Shown: positions 22,125 through 34,854 of the stretch, in pieces
How the letters are laid out: every line of letters begins with the position of its first letter
Numbering within the stretch: the stretch's first letter is position 1
From: Mayamaea pseudoterrestris
Lineage: Eukaryota
Reading direction: 5' to 3'
Assembly: GCA_027923505.1 (NCBI GenBank)
Contig: BROI01000008.1
Location: 248,001 to 312,000 of the forward strand
Length of the DNA: 64,000 nt
Position numbers and translations under genes: made by a program
Notes under the pieces: generated by a model
What the model saw: only the letters and a program-made list of their open reading frames with translations
The model's database searches: none
Told to the model about the DNA's origin: nothing

Positions 22125-22476
22125 TCAAATTTGATGCTGTACCGGTGTAGTAGTGCTCAAGGCGACGATCTTGGTGACAAAATCTCGGTCGCGAAGAGGC
22201 GAATTTGATTTTTGTTACCGCTGCGATACGGTGCGGTGCGTACCGAGAGAATTGCAAAGCATAATCAAGCATGTCATTCTATTGTTAGCATACAAGGTTC
22301 TATTGATATAGTGCGAGAGTGATAAGCAAACGCTTTATGACAGACGAGAGAGAGTAGATACTCGTAAGCGACAATGATGGATCATGGAGCAGGATAGCAT
22401 GATACGGCTAAGCCAACGCACGGATTCATGAAACGATGACGTTTCGATTACGCTAACTCCTCTGCGCAGCTTGCGG

Positions 22477-22968
22477 TTAACTTGAAGATGAGTCAGCCAC
22501 AACTCCCGCAACCGCTCTTCTTGCCCTTGCCAGCACCGGGCAACCCTCGCCTTCGCATCGACGGCCATTTGCATTATCGAAAGCTTTCGCCAACCCATGT
22601 TGCTCGACTATCTCGAGATAACTCTTCATTTGCTGTCTTTGTTCGGCTGTCAGCTGAGGTAACCTCGACTCCCTGTCATTCTTGCTCCATTTCGCAAATT
22701 GGCGAGCCTCTTGCAGCCGTTCCAGACCTTCTCTCTGCTGTCGATCGCTGTCATTGACAATCAATTTCCGGGAAAAATTGAAATACCAAACCTAGATGTA
22801 TTGAATATAAACAAAGAGTTGAGTAATGACTGTCAACATGTCATCATGCTTTACATTGCGCAAACTTCGGGCAAATACCTTGAATAGAGAGCCTCCGATA
22901 ATCGCTCCTGCGACGGCTGCGTAGACTCGCTTCTGCTCCGGCTGAAGCGCTTTCCATGTTCTCCACAT
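22477..22968 (-). CDS. Small (134 aa) single-TM hypothetical protein, 2 exons
   Basis: Exon 1 (MWRTWKALQPEQKRVYAAVAGAIIGGSLFK) is joined through a GT-AG intron at 22792-22878 in frame to ORF 22477-22764. Confidence 0.7.
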
Positions 22969-23314
22969 GTTATACTAGCAGTGTATGCCTTACTACCGGT
23001 AGACTCAGTTCACACTCGGCATAAGTTGCATCGCTGACGGGGAAGTGACAATGCAAGAAGTGTTGTGTTGTGCGTCGACGGAATTCGATGAGTCAGTTTG
23101 AAAAGACGTTTATATTCATTACCGCTCTCTCTGTCAAGGTGCGCAATGCGATCGACCATCCGCATCTTCATTATATGCATATACTGTCGAACAACATACC
23201 TCACTATGATTGTAAATCAACGCGAGACAAATGATTGATTCATCCGGGACCTGGAGGTACAAATACTGAACTACAAACATATGAACTACCGGGAAGGTTG
23301 TTTTTTAGCTGAGA

Positions 23315-24499
23315 CTAACCTTCTTCCGCGCGGTAAAGCCGCCAATAGTGCAACCACTCCCAAAGATAGTTTGAACAAGGCCTACCAATCAGAGGTACCA
23401 TCTCGATCACCCGTGTCACTTTGCCAACAAATAATCGAGTTATACGATCCCAAATAGGCTTGCGCAACATATACAGTAACAACCGTAGTCGTCTTCGATT
23501 CCATTCAATTTGTGTTGCATGGTTCCCGCGAGCGACTGACGGTTGTAGGCTCCACAACGAGGTTATGTCCATTGTCAAACATTTTAGCCATGATGCAAAT
23601 GGTTGTGACGATTCTGTGCCATCACCACGTAATTCCGTTTCAGCTTGGTACAAAGGCCGTATGATGTACAACAATTCACCAATAATCACTTTTGCTGCGG
23701 CATTATTGGGCCAAGTGTCTGGTGATGTTGTCATCCCGGTTTGACGATTATATAAAGCAGCTGGCTGCTGAGGTTGCTGTCTCCCTTGCAATCGCCAACC
23801 TGAGCGGCGTCCAACGTATTGTTCTCGTTCGATGCGAGTGCGTTCCTGCTGTATCGTTGGAGTAATTGCATTGGAAGGAAACAACCCACCTTCTCTCAGC
23901 AAGCCAATTGGAGTGCTCGCCAATCTTTCGGTATCCTTGAGAAAACGTGTTTCTTTCCAGATGTTCCGCCAGTAGTGAATCAAAAGATAGCCGCGTAGGA
24001 GAAACCGTATGCGCTCAATCATAGCTCTGGCATGTGACTGTCGACGCCTGATGGTAACTTGGTCTGTAGTAAATGTGCACGCCACCTCCTGCAACATAGG
24101 TCCAAGACTCTGCAAAACAGTTAATGCTATCCTGACACTTATCGCGGGTGTCTTGACATTCTGAACTGCGACAGTGGTGCCATAGTGGTTTGCATCAATG
24201 GTCAAGCATCTCCTTTGTCGAAGGGCAATGTCAAGCGTCAAGCGATGCAGCTGCAGTAACCCCCACACAACCTCGCGCCATCGAGGCCTTCCTTTCTCAT
24301 TTGACGCCATGGGCGAGAAGAAGAGTAATCTGCTAATGGCGTCATCGGTTAATTCAAACAGGAAATGATAGCGATCCACGAGTTGGCTGTAGATTTGCCA
24401 CATTGTGCTTCTCTGATGGCGCTCTACATCTACATTGCTGTCGTTTGAGATTTGATTATAGAGGTCTTTATCAAGGTTTGACTCTTCGAGTTGTGCCAT
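23315..24499 (-). CDS. PEX16: Peroxisomal biogenesis factor 16
   Basis: IIGELLYIIRPL, EWNRRRLRLLLYMLRKPIWD, VPLIG. The start could be 24499 or 24643. Confidence 0.8.
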   Translation of the reverse strand: MAQLEESNLDKDLYNQISNDSNVDVERHQRSTMWQIYSQLVDRYHFLFELTDDAISRLLFFSPMASNEKGRPRWREVVWGLLQLHRLTLDIALRQRRCLTIDANHYGTTVAVQNVKTPAISVRIALTVLQSLGPMLQEVACTFTTDQVTIRRRQSHARAMIERIRFLLRGYLLIHYWRNIWKETRFLKDTERLASTPIGLLREGGLFPSNAITPTIQQERTRIEREQYVGRRSGWRLQGRQQPQQPAALYNRQTGMTTSPDTWPNNAAAKVIIGELLYIIRPLYQAETELRGDGTESSQPFASWLKCLTMDITSLWSLQPSVARGNHATQIEWNRRRLRLLLYMLRKPIWDRITRLFVGKVTRVIEMVPLIGRPCSNYLWEWLHYWRLYRAEEG

Positions 24500-24834
24500 A
24501 CAGAAATGCGCATCACAGGACCTGGACAGCTTTACTTCCTCTGATGGACGGCGGCAACAACGACGACGACGAGAGGCGTTTGGATTTTTAAAAATGTCAC
24601 ACCGCCAACACGACGGTGTCGATCCGTTTCTTGATCCATTCATGCCGGTAAGCTAATCGACCTCGGCACTACAAGTATAAAACAATAGACATCGAATAAG
24701 TTATAAAAGCGATGACTCTCTCACTACAAAACCATTCCAATGTTGCAAAACTACTTCCCAGCCACCATCATCCATCGCCAACTCAAAATCATGAGAGAAC
24801 AATATCCACTGTATAAGTGCGTGTGATCGATTCG

Positions 24835-25341
24835 TTACAGCACCACTCTCCCAATACCGTCTCCTCCAGAAACTTGTAAATCGGGTCCATCAGTCTCTTC
24901 CTTGATAACTTTCGCCTTGGTCTTCTTCTTTTTTGGAGGTGGCGAGGGCGACGATAGAACCTTGAGTTTCCCTTTACGCTTCAAACAAATGTTGTATACC
25001 TTTTCCGCCTCATCCACAGACAACACTCCGTAGTCCACACACCTGTAAAGGAAGAAGAAAAGGTGTAGTCAGGGAATGTGAGTCTTGAAAACGAGTACTC
25101 TATACAGTATGCAACGAGCAAGCAAAAACAGCAACGCTGCTGGTTGCTGGCAGGCGGAAACGAATGGAATGAAAGGATTGATTGATACTCGACAAAAGCA
25201 TCCATAATACCAATGACTGCATACGTACCATTGCTGGGCCATGGCGCTGTCTGGACGCTGGCGGAGAAGTGTCTCGTAAAAGACTCGATCCCCAAAGCCT
25301 GGAGTCGGAGTTGGATGTTTCTGGCCAGGTAGTAGTGACAT
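24835..25341 (-). CDS. Small Lys-rich protein of unknown function, 2 exons
   Basis: PGQKHPTP..GDRVFYETL..QRPDSAMAQQW|CVDYGVL; a GT-AG intron at 25043-25228 restores the W codon. The motif resembles an uncharacterised plant/protist family. Confidence 0.8.
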
Positions 25342-25657
25342 GAGGTCGAGTTTATCGATGGTGTGCCGTATCTCCTACTCAGTCCCTTGCAAGACTATGA
25401 GATGGTGGTTTGAAGTACAGTCTAAAGTTAACACAGTAATCGCGATCCTCGTGCACACTCCATCATCGCGCTGGCTCTCGTCGTTCGTCCACCAGCGTAG
25501 ATGTCGGTCCGGTTCTCGAGCAGTAACAGAGCGACATTGCATTTTTGCATTGGCCCGCCGTCGATCATGACAAAAAAAAATAACCATCAATCGCTCAGTA
25601 TGGACGTTCATCATCCGCTCAGACTTGTCACAGGGCCAGATTTACTGTGAAAATCAT

Positions 25658-28600
25658 ATGATGCCACCAAACTACAATCATAGACCACCAATATGCTTGA
25701 ATGTTGCGGAGAAACCGTCAGTTGCACGAGCTTTGGCAGGTGTCTTTGCTCGACTCGATGGATCGCAGGATCGAGGCATGAGATCCGACGCACACCAAGT
25801 ATTTACGCACGAGAATGTCTGCTTTCCGAGTGTTTATCAACAAGGACACGGGCAAACAATCAATGGACCAGGTGATTCTATAATAATGCTGCAAAGATTA
25901 CTTGCTGCCATGCCGAACGTCCTTCACCCTCACTCACTCACTATATTCTCATTCACATGAATCATAAACCTTTCAGTAACACCGCATACAATGATAACCA
26001 CGTCGGTTCGCGGTCACTTAGCGAACCAAGATTTTCCTCAGAATTTTGGTTGGGGCAAGGTAGATCCGATTGAACTCTTTTCGGCTCCGATCGAAACAAA
26101 TTACAGGGACGATTTGAAGCCACTGGAACGAATGCTTGCCAACTTGGCGAGAAATGCACAAGTACTTATACTATGGCTGGATTGCGATCGAGAAGGAGAA
26201 GCCATTGGTGATGAAGTTAGACTCGTTTGCATACAAAGCAATCCACAGCTCAACGTATTCCGAGCACGGTTTTCGACCGTCATGGCTGGCGAAATTAAGC
26301 GCGCATTGCAAACACTCGGTCGCTTGAATGAACACTTGGTGCATGCCGTCCAGGCGAGGAGTGAATGTGATTTGAGGGTGGGATCTGCATTCACCAGGTT
26401 TCAGACGCTTCGACTACAGCGCAAATTTGACGGATTTGCTGATGGCGGCGTGGTCAGCTACGGCCCGTGCCAGTTTCCTACGCTGGGTTTTGTTGTTGAG
26501 CGTTGGGCCCGCATTCAAACATTTATTCCTGAAAACTTTTGGTACTTGGAACTTTCAATTACGGTAGAGCCCGATGCAATTGCAAGCGAAGGAGCTGGAC
26601 CAGTCCATGCGATAAACAATAATCTTGGACGTCCCATCGTTTTTACTTGGAAACGAGGACGTATGTACGAGCAAGCCATGTGTCTTTGTTTTTATGAATC
26701 CTGTTTGGAAGCTGGAGAAGCGGTAGTAACCGAATTGTCTGGTCGACCAAAGAATAAGTGGCGTCCAGTGCCTCTGGCAACTGTCGAGCTCCAGAAAAGA
26801 GCGTCGAAATACTTGCGGATTGGGTCCGAGACTCTAATGGGCGCTGCTGAAGAACTATACAATCAAGGATACATTAGCTACCCACGAACGGAAACGGAAA
26901 AGTTTCGTCCTGAGTTTGAGCACCGTCCACTCATACAGCAACTCGCAAATGTCGGCGGCGAAATTGGAGCGTATGCCACTCGCCTATTAACAAACAACAA
27001 TTTCCAAGTGCCTCGCGCTGGACAAAACGACGACCAAGCGCACCCTCCCATTACCCCTTGCAAGGCTGTTGACCCATCTACAATCGATAATCCGACTCAT
27101 CGCAGCGTATATTCACTGGTAGTGAAGCATTATCTTGCTTGCTGCTCACGAGATGCGATAGGCCGTGAATCCCAAATCACCGTGGAAATTGGGACAGAGG
27201 AGTTCACAGCGAAAGGCCTCATGGTAATTGAACGGAACTGGCTTGATATATATCATCCTTTTGAGCGTTGGTCGACTGGCCAGGGCGAGCTTCCGCCTCT
27301 CCAAGAGGGGAGTCGCATTGTCCCGACAAGTCTTAGCCTGAAAGACGGAACGACAACCGCACCAAACCTCATATCTGAGGTTGAGCTTATTTCAGTCATG
27401 GACAGAAACAAAATTGGAACGGACGCAACCATTGCTCAGCACATTACAACCATTCAGGAGCGAGAGTATGCGACGAAGGATGTCAATCAACGATTTTCGC
27501 CGACGCAACTTGGGATTGCGTTGGTTGAAGGCTACAATTCAATGGGATATCAACTCAACAAGCCGGATCTTCGACGAGAAACAGAGTCGGAATGTAACCT
27601 CATTGCTGCCGGCCAGAAGACAAAGGACGAGGTGGTACAGCATGTCCTCACGAAGATGAGAGCATGCTTTGTGGAAGTTTCGCAAAATGCAGAGAAACTC
27701 GATCAGGCTATCGCGCGTCATTTCTCACGACTTGGGTCAAGCAATACAACATCCCAAACGTTGACCGCAAATTTTAGCAAGTGTGGAGTCTGCCAAAATA
27801 TGATGTCTTTAAAGCAGGAGCGCGGTAATGGAAGGAATGGCGTGGGTCGTAAAATCCTATACTGTGGTACCTGCTCGACCGGTTGGACGTTACCTCGAGG
27901 CAACCATCGGCCAAAGACGGACGGCGAGAATAGTCAAGGAGCATTGACGATATGCCCAATTTGTGACTACCAAGTCATTTTTAATGGGAAAGGCGATGGG
28001 TATGACGGGAGTGGCTATAATATATGTCCTAAATGCTATAATGATCCACCAGTTAATTTTGGCGGCGCAAGTGGAGGAGGGGCATTTCGGTGTTTCAACT
28101 GTCATCATCCTAGATGCTCACTTGCAACCGGAACGCCTGGTGGGGACGTAGCAGCATTCCCATGCCCCTACTGCCCCCGTACTAGCAACCAGGCCCGCGA
28201 GGTGATGCTCAGAAAAAGCGCTCGCGGATTCATCCTGTCATGCAACAAATTTATCCCCGGTCAAGATCGCTGCGCATATAAAATATGGCTGCCAAAGGAG
28301 TGTGAGCGGGCTTCAGTTCTCGTGGGAAATGAAAATCATCATGAGATCTGCACGCAGTGTTCTCGGGCTAATCTTCTCGTCCGAAAACTTCATTTCGTCT
28401 GGAAGTCAGGGAGTGTCCCTCCTCACATGGGCCGCGAATGCAGCATTTGTATTCTATGCGATCATGACTTTCGATCAGAAATGCGTATAAATCTTCCGAA
28501 CCCCAACCAAGTAACACCGCGTCCAACACATAATGCGCGACATGGCCGGGGTCACGGGCTTGGCCATGTAGACATTGGCTCAGGCCGGGGACGAGGCAAT

Positions 28601-28684
28601 GCACGTGGCCGAAGCAATGCAACCAATGCTTGTTACTATTGCGGAACTTCTGGACATTTCGCCAACAACTGCCCGAATAATTGA
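25658..28684 (+). CDS. TOP3A: DNA topoisomerase III alpha
   Basis: TOPRIM LNVAEKPS and LWLDCDREGE; SYGPCQFPTLGF; catalytic GYISYPRTET; AHPPITP; IGTDAT; C-terminal Zn ribbons and CCHC knuckle. Intron at 25872-25976. Confidence 0.95.
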
Positions 28685-28712
28685 ATATGCCATCGGTAAT
28701 TATCCAGTAAAG

Positions 28713-31215
28713 TTATAGCTGTGAAGCGATCTCGATTCGAAATTTGCGCAGATACGTTTGCAATTGGTTGAATGCTCGCGCACGATGCGATAAAGCATCT
28801 TTCTCTTCAGACTTCATTTCAGCATAAGTCTTGCCCCCGCCCTCGCTTGGTTCAAATATCGAGTCCAAGCCAAAACCATTTTCACCTCGAGGCGCCACGA
28901 TGGAGCCAATCGTTCTCCCGTCAAAGAAGACACATTCGTTACCAGGACCTGGACAGAAGCATACAACAGCACGCACATAGGCTGCCTTATCATCAAAAGC
29001 AAAAAGCATCTTCGCCAATCCCTCGATACCGCATGTGTCAAGAAACGCTTGTGTGTAAGTTCCAGGCAATTCATTAAGCGGACCAAAGCACAATCCTGTT
29101 ATTTCAATGATGGCGGCGCACCCAGCAATTTCGACAGCAGCAGCGCATTGATTTCTGGCAGACGCAATAAAGTCTCCATTTGCCGCCGGCAATTCTATAT
29201 CCCTCTTCTCAAGCTGATACTCCAGGCGTGGAGAGTTGTCGCTCTGGTCAGATTGGAGCAGCCTACTTGCTTCAGCAAAATGATCCGGATCCATATTCGC
29301 AAGAATTATTATCGGTAACAGTCCGTCTCCTTTGGTTCTTTGTCGCTTTTCATCCGGCTCCGAAATGGTTTCAATGCTCGCAACTCTCACAGACGCCAGC
29401 AAATCAGCGACGCTTGGGTCAGGAATAACCAGATCATAGCACGTGACAATCTTCTCCCGCGAATCGCTGTATAGGCAGGCTTGGTCAAACAACCTCCTTG
29501 CTGCATCAGCTAGTCTGTCACGACTCACTGGGTCGTATCCCCAAATCATTTCTAGAGACTTCCACGCCGGCTCTGCATGCAAAAGAAGGTACTTGTTGGT
29601 TGGGTGCATGTGGAAAGCATAAGCGCCGAGCGTCACCGAGCACGCCAGTCGACATGCCATGAGTAGCGGCAAATGCTCCCGCTCAAGTTCCGTCAATTGG
29701 TACACGGAGTTGTAGCCGCGCAGGAAACCAGCGGCAGCCGACAGGGACCGGTTCTGTTTGCCATACGATGACAACATTGCATAAGCCATGGCAATGGCCA
29801 CATCCAAAACTCGCCAACCTAGAATAACATTAACGATATACGACACGAACGAGTGAGAATGTTACAATGTATGGATGCTTTCGTCATGAACACATCAATC
29901 AAAAAATAAGGGCCATGATAGCGATAGCAGCCCGGTGCTTTAAGCCGAGGTTCGCTCTAGCACGTCGACATGATAATTCACGCATGGGGACGGGCGTGCG
30001 ACCTCCGACGACATTTTTGCCATCGGGCGATTGCAAAATTCCCGCAAAAGCATGTGTCACTAGTTAGACATGCACACACAGACTCCAATCAACCAATTTA
30101 TACGTACTCATGACGGAATCTCCAAAATCAATGGCTCCACAAACCATCATCTGTGCCTCGTCCATGATGACATTGGCGTCATTAAAATCCCCATGTATGA
30201 CACCGCGTCTGTAGCCATCGCCAACGCCGGTTCGAAAAAGTCTCTCTTCGAAAGCGTTAATCACAGACTCGATCATGTCTCTTCTCTTCAAGTCCGTGAT
30301 ATATTCAAGGTACTTGCGTAGATCAGATGTATTTTTGGTATCCCATTGATGGTAGCGATTCGCTGAAACGAGCAACGATACATCCAACACGGCACCCTCC
30401 CGTTCCTCCATGCCAAGATTGGCACGAACGCGGTCGAGCGACTTGCTACGCTTGCGGGAAGCCGTCGCCACTGCCGCAAGAAAACTGTCATGTCTGGGAG
30501 CATGGGATGGATTATTGACCATGACAAAGCTTGTGCTGCGTTGCCCTAAAAGCGCGGCTGATGAACCAACGTGCCGCAATGCTCCATTAAGAGCTGATGT
30601 GTTGATATTATCAAGAATTCGATCCATTTTGCCAAGGTATCGTCCAGCATCCGCTAAGGCTTCCAATGGCAAGTGCACGACACTCGACATGGGAGTTCCT
30701 GGCACCCACGTCAAGAGCCGGACAACCAAATCTCGAGGGCTGTGAACCGATGATAAAACAGGAAGCTTTGCTATGCAGACTGGGAATGCTTTTGGCCTCC
30801 GCCTTTCCTCGTCATAAGCTGTCTCTGTCTTGACTAAAATTGGCCGCGAGGTACAAAGGCCATGTTCGTAGCAGAGCTCCATAATGGCATTTTGCAGATG
30901 AATTGCCGAGTTCATTCTTCCCGGCGCATAAAAGTCGTCGCTTTCTTGCATAACTCCAATAAACTCTTGACTTTCGACGCCATTGTGAATCTTTAGCAAG
31001 TAATTGGTTCCATCGTCAGTTTGCAGCATGTAGTTGGCGTCGTCATAGCTGTCAAGCCGTCGAGCGACCTTAACAGTCGGTAAGTCATAATGCTCTTTAA
31101 TTATTGAAAGCAACTGCTCGTCTGATGCAGGGTTGGGGACTAGTAGCTTTCTCATTTCCTCGTCCGAAAGCATTGTAGGGGCGTTCTTCATGATGTCAGA
31201 GTCGTCGCCCGGCAT
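28713..31215 (-). CDS. Hydroxylysine kinase/APH-like phosphotransferase fused to a degenerate ITPase (HAM1) domain
   Basis: LDSYDDANY, LLKIHN, VRLLTWVPG, GVIHGDFNDANV, IDFGD. A GT-AG intron at 29819-30107 gives DSVMS|WRVLDVAIA. C-terminal ITPase fold: GLCF..LN.LPG.Y, F.G...G.IV.PRG..GFG.D.IF.P, TYAEM...EK..SHR. Confidence 0.88.
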
Positions 31216-31494
31216 GATAAGTAATCGAAATTCTGACCTTCAAAATAGAATTGGGTGTACATTCAATCAGATTTAGATGTTAGTGATTATCACCGACGGA
31301 TACTTGTTGCAACTCAGTGTTTAACAGCAGCTACTGAACTGTCAGCAGCAAGTGTCTGCCCAAAACGCGCACAACGAGAGGCGGAGCGTTATTTGCACAA
31401 CGTACGTCATTCAACCGAAAAAGCTACCTTAACAAAATAAGAGTACCGGTAAGATGCCTAGCAATGCAGGTGACGTATATTACATCAAAATGGA

Positions 31495-31750
31495 GGCAAC
31501 ATCCTTTTTAGCCTGCTCTACAAGATAGAATGCCTGGCTAGTGTCTCATGATGCTCTATAAACGTTGGTGACAACTTCTCCTCACCAGGCCCAGCCAGCA
31601 GCCATGCCTTTTAGCCGCCCATTCTCAGAGTCATTTCCATGACCTTGAGACAAGAGGTAGTGGCAACATTCTTATTTAGGCTGTTCTACAAGATGGAGTG
31701 CCTGGCTGATGCCTCATGATGCTGCAAAATGCCATTGATGAGAACTTCTC
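31495..31750. repeat. Two diverged ~88-bp direct repeats in a CpG-depleted island
   Basis: 31495-31580 and 31662-31750 share GGCAACAT...CTACAAGAT.GA.TGCCTGGCT..TG.CTCATGATGCT...AACTTCTC. Confidence 0.8.
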
Positions 31751-31866
31751 TCCTGTACCGGTACGACTATCTTTTTACATAGTCGCAGCTGCCGTTTACA
31801 CCGAGTACGTTCCATATCTGATCTTTTCTACTCAACCTTGAAGCAAACTTGTACCCTACTGTTGAC

Positions 31867-32344
31867 ATGTCCGAAGTCCGCGCATCTCATTTGCTCATCA
31901 AGCACGATGGAAGTCGCAATCCAGGTGAGAAGATAAATTGTATTTCCTTCCGGCCTCTCTAATCTGTTGTTGACGACCCTGGCATGACAACGTAGCCTCT
32001 TCAAGCTTTTACTAACGTTTTATCTTAATTACATTGCAGTATCTCGTCGAACTGGGCAGCAAGTCTTTCTTTCGTACGATAGTGCCATGGAGGAGCTCAA
32101 AAAGTATCAGCAAAAGATCATCAGTCAAGTCACCGCTGGCCAGCCACTCGACGCGGTTTTTTCGCTCCATGCAACAGAGCGTTCCGACTGTTCGTCCTTC
32201 AAAAGTGGAGGCGATTTGGGCTTTTTTGCACGAGGGCAGATGCAGAAGCCGTTCGAAGACGCAGCATTTGCTTTAAGACCAAACGAAATGAGTGACGTTG
32301 TCTCAACGGACTCTGGACTTCATTTAATCTACAGGATTGCCTAG
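31867..32344 (+). CDS. PIN1: Parvulin/Pin1-type peptidyl-prolyl isomerase (no WW domain)
   Basis: VRASHLLIKH.GSRNP|VSRR, SDCSS...GGDLGFF.RGQMQKPFEDAAF.L, STDSGLHLIYR. Intron at 31925-32039. Confidence 0.93.
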
Positions 32345-32453
32345 TCGACCAAAGATGTACTTTATTGATTATACTATATGGCAGACATATATATACATAT
32401 AAACATTTATAAGTGGTTCCATATAAGCACATATGACGGTACACTACTGTAAA

Positions 32454-34577
32454 CTATTTGCTCAACATATCCATCACTATGGCTTCCGTGTCAGCCAGCG
32501 CCTGGTCCAGATTTGAGGACGAAATTGCCAGAAGAGAAGGTTTAGACATCAGAGATGGACCGTTTGTCATAGGCCGGAATACATTCTGGTCTCCGAAGGA
32601 GCGTCGGCCATTCTGGTCAAACGTAGACGCATTTATAGGGGAGCTCCACATGGTTACTGGATCATTCACCGACACCGGCGATGAGATCGCAGCAGGATAA
32701 TGATTAGCCGTTGAAAACTTGCTGCCATGCGCCAGTAGCTCGCCATTTGTCTGTTTCGCCAAATGTTCTTCCAGGACTGTATTGCAGGCGGTGCGAATGC
32801 GTTCCATCAAATTCGCCGTCTCGGTCTGCCAATCTTCTTTGACCAATGCCATCTCCGCGATGTGTAGCTCTTCTTTCCGCGCCAGATCTGTACTCGATAG
32901 TTTCTTCTCTAGCTCATTCGCTCGAAAATGTTCAGCTTCAAATTGTTGCGCCGCTGTTTCAACTTCGGCCATGGCCGCCATAACTGTTTCGTCCGAGACG
33001 CGAATAGTTCGTTCGACCTCCTCTTTTGCCTCATCAAGTTCGGCTTGGTGGCGCTTTTCGAGCGCGTCAAGTTTGGAATCGAATTCGTTTTTTAATAGCT
33101 CCTTGTGCTTTTGAGTCTTGGACCGCAACTCAGCCTTGGCGTCCTGGATAACTCTGCGCATGGCAGCGTCATGTTGCTGCTCGAGCGTGTGCAGCTGTGT
33201 TTCATGCTCAGTCTTGAGGCGCGACACTTCCCGGCGTACCTCTTCTATAATGGTCGCTCGCTCGGCAGCGTCACGAATTCTTCCAAGTCGCTCCGCATAG
33301 CCAGTCGTATCATTGGCAGATGCGAAGCTTCTGCTAGTTCGAATCCATTGAGTTGCATTGTTTATGGTGACAGGAGCAGTTTGAACGCCAGCATCCTCGC
33401 ATTCTATAATGGTCTGGCTCGCAGCCTCAACTCGACTTTGGCCATTTTCCACAACTGCTTCTCGTAAAGTATCCAGTTCTGCTTCCAAAGCCTTCTTTGT
33501 GATTGCGCTCTGGTCGAATGTTTTGCTCATCGCAGCAAGTTTTTGTTGCAACTCCGACGCGGCAAGAGTTGCCTGAGACGACTCAGCTGCGTGCTTCGAC
33601 TCAATGTCGCATAGCGAGGACTTCAAGAATCCATTCTCTTGTTGGATCTCAAAATACAGCAACTCGTTGTCCCGTACTTGCGCTTGCAATTGCTCGATGG
33701 CCTTCTGGAGATCCTGCACTTGGCTCATAGTCAGCATACATTGCGACTCTGCTGCGTTGGCCCGCTCCGTTGCCTCCTCGAGTTGCACAACTAATTTCTC
33801 CTTTTCAGATAATAGCGATTCGATAGCGGTCGAGGTTTGTTTTAGATCAGAAGTCGTTGCGTCTAGCTTTCGTTGGATCTTGGCTCTCTCTTTTGCAACG
33901 GCAGCCAACTGGTCCTTGCTGTATCGCAGCGCCTTGATTTCGTCTTGCAATGTTGCTCGTTCATTTTCCAAAGCTTTCTTCTCAGTTTCAAGGATTGATA
34001 TCGCTGCCGACCATTGCTCCTCCTTATCAATCATAACTGTTTCTTGTTGCTTAGCGGTGAGTCGCATGTCGTGCAACTGCGCTTCATACTTTGCATTCTC
34101 AGATGTCAAAGCCTTTATCTCTTCATTAAGCACATAAATAGATTTATGTGATTCCTCCAAATTAGACTTGATATGGCATATTGCTGGTACGATGAAGCTG
34201 GTATCCGCTTGCTGACTTTGAGCTGGCGTGGTGACAGCCACTGTGGAGGAATTTGACGGTCGCGACAATTGATAAGGAGTTGCAGAAGACATTTGCAAAC
34301 GGACATCTTCATCAATATGGATTCCTTGAAAATGTGTTCCATGTTTTTGGGAACTATTGGAGGCAACCGAGTCTTCCTCTTCGCTACTATAGGGTGCAGG
34401 CGAGTATCGACATGGGCGCCCAGCCAGAATTGACATTTCTGAGTCTCGGCTATCGTTCTTCTGACTCTCATGCATGGCGTCTAGCGAACAATTTTGTTTT
34501 TGAATTATAGAAGGTTCTGGCGGGCACGTAGATAGCGGTACAGGAGTACGCTCCGACTCATCGTCGAGCTGCTGCAT
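32454..34577 (-). CDS. Long coiled-coil protein
   Basis: 707-aa ORF rich in E/K/Q/A/L heptads. Confidence 0.8.
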   Translation of the reverse strand: MQQLDDESERTPVPLSTCPPEPSIIQKQNCSLDAMHESQKNDSRDSEMSILAGRPCRYSPAPYSSEEEDSVASNSSQKHGTHFQGIHIDEDVRLQMSSATPYQLSRPSNSSTVAVTTPAQSQQADTSFIVPAICHIKSNLEESHKSIYVLNEEIKALTSENAKYEAQLHDMRLTAKQQETVMIDKEEQWSAAISILETEKKALENERATLQDEIKALRYSKDQLAAVAKERAKIQRKLDATTSDLKQTSTAIESLLSEKEKLVVQLEEATERANAAESQCMLTMSQVQDLQKAIEQLQAQVRDNELLYFEIQQENGFLKSSLCDIESKHAAESSQATLAASELQQKLAAMSKTFDQSAITKKALEAELDTLREAVVENGQSRVEAASQTIIECEDAGVQTAPVTINNATQWIRTSRSFASANDTTGYAERLGRIRDAAERATIIEEVRREVSRLKTEHETQLHTLEQQHDAAMRRVIQDAKAELRSKTQKHKELLKNEFDSKLDALEKRHQAELDEAKEEVERTIRVSDETVMAAMAEVETAAQQFEAEHFRANELEKKLSSTDLARKEELHIAEMALVKEDWQTETANLMERIRTACNTVLEEHLAKQTNGELLAHGSKFSTANHYPAAISSPVSVNDPVTMWSSPINASTFDQNGRRSFGDQNVFRPMTNGPSLMSKPSLLAISSSNLDQALADTEAIVMDMLSK

Positions 34578-34854
34578 CTCGGCGGTGATGCGCGTTCAAA
34601 TTTTGTGCGCGCGACGACGAGGAACGCCTCATTAGCAGATAATTGCCGGTACGACACGATTTCTCACAGACGATACTGACTTAAACCTCGGTTCTCTTAG
34701 CAACATCTTAGCAACAGTATACCGGTAGTTCCAGTCTATAACTATACCTTAAACACCCAATTGTGCTATTATGGAATGGATCTGATTGTGCTTCCACATT
34801 TCACTACCGGTAGCTGTGCCACACCATTCCATTTGGAACATTCACAATTGTTGA

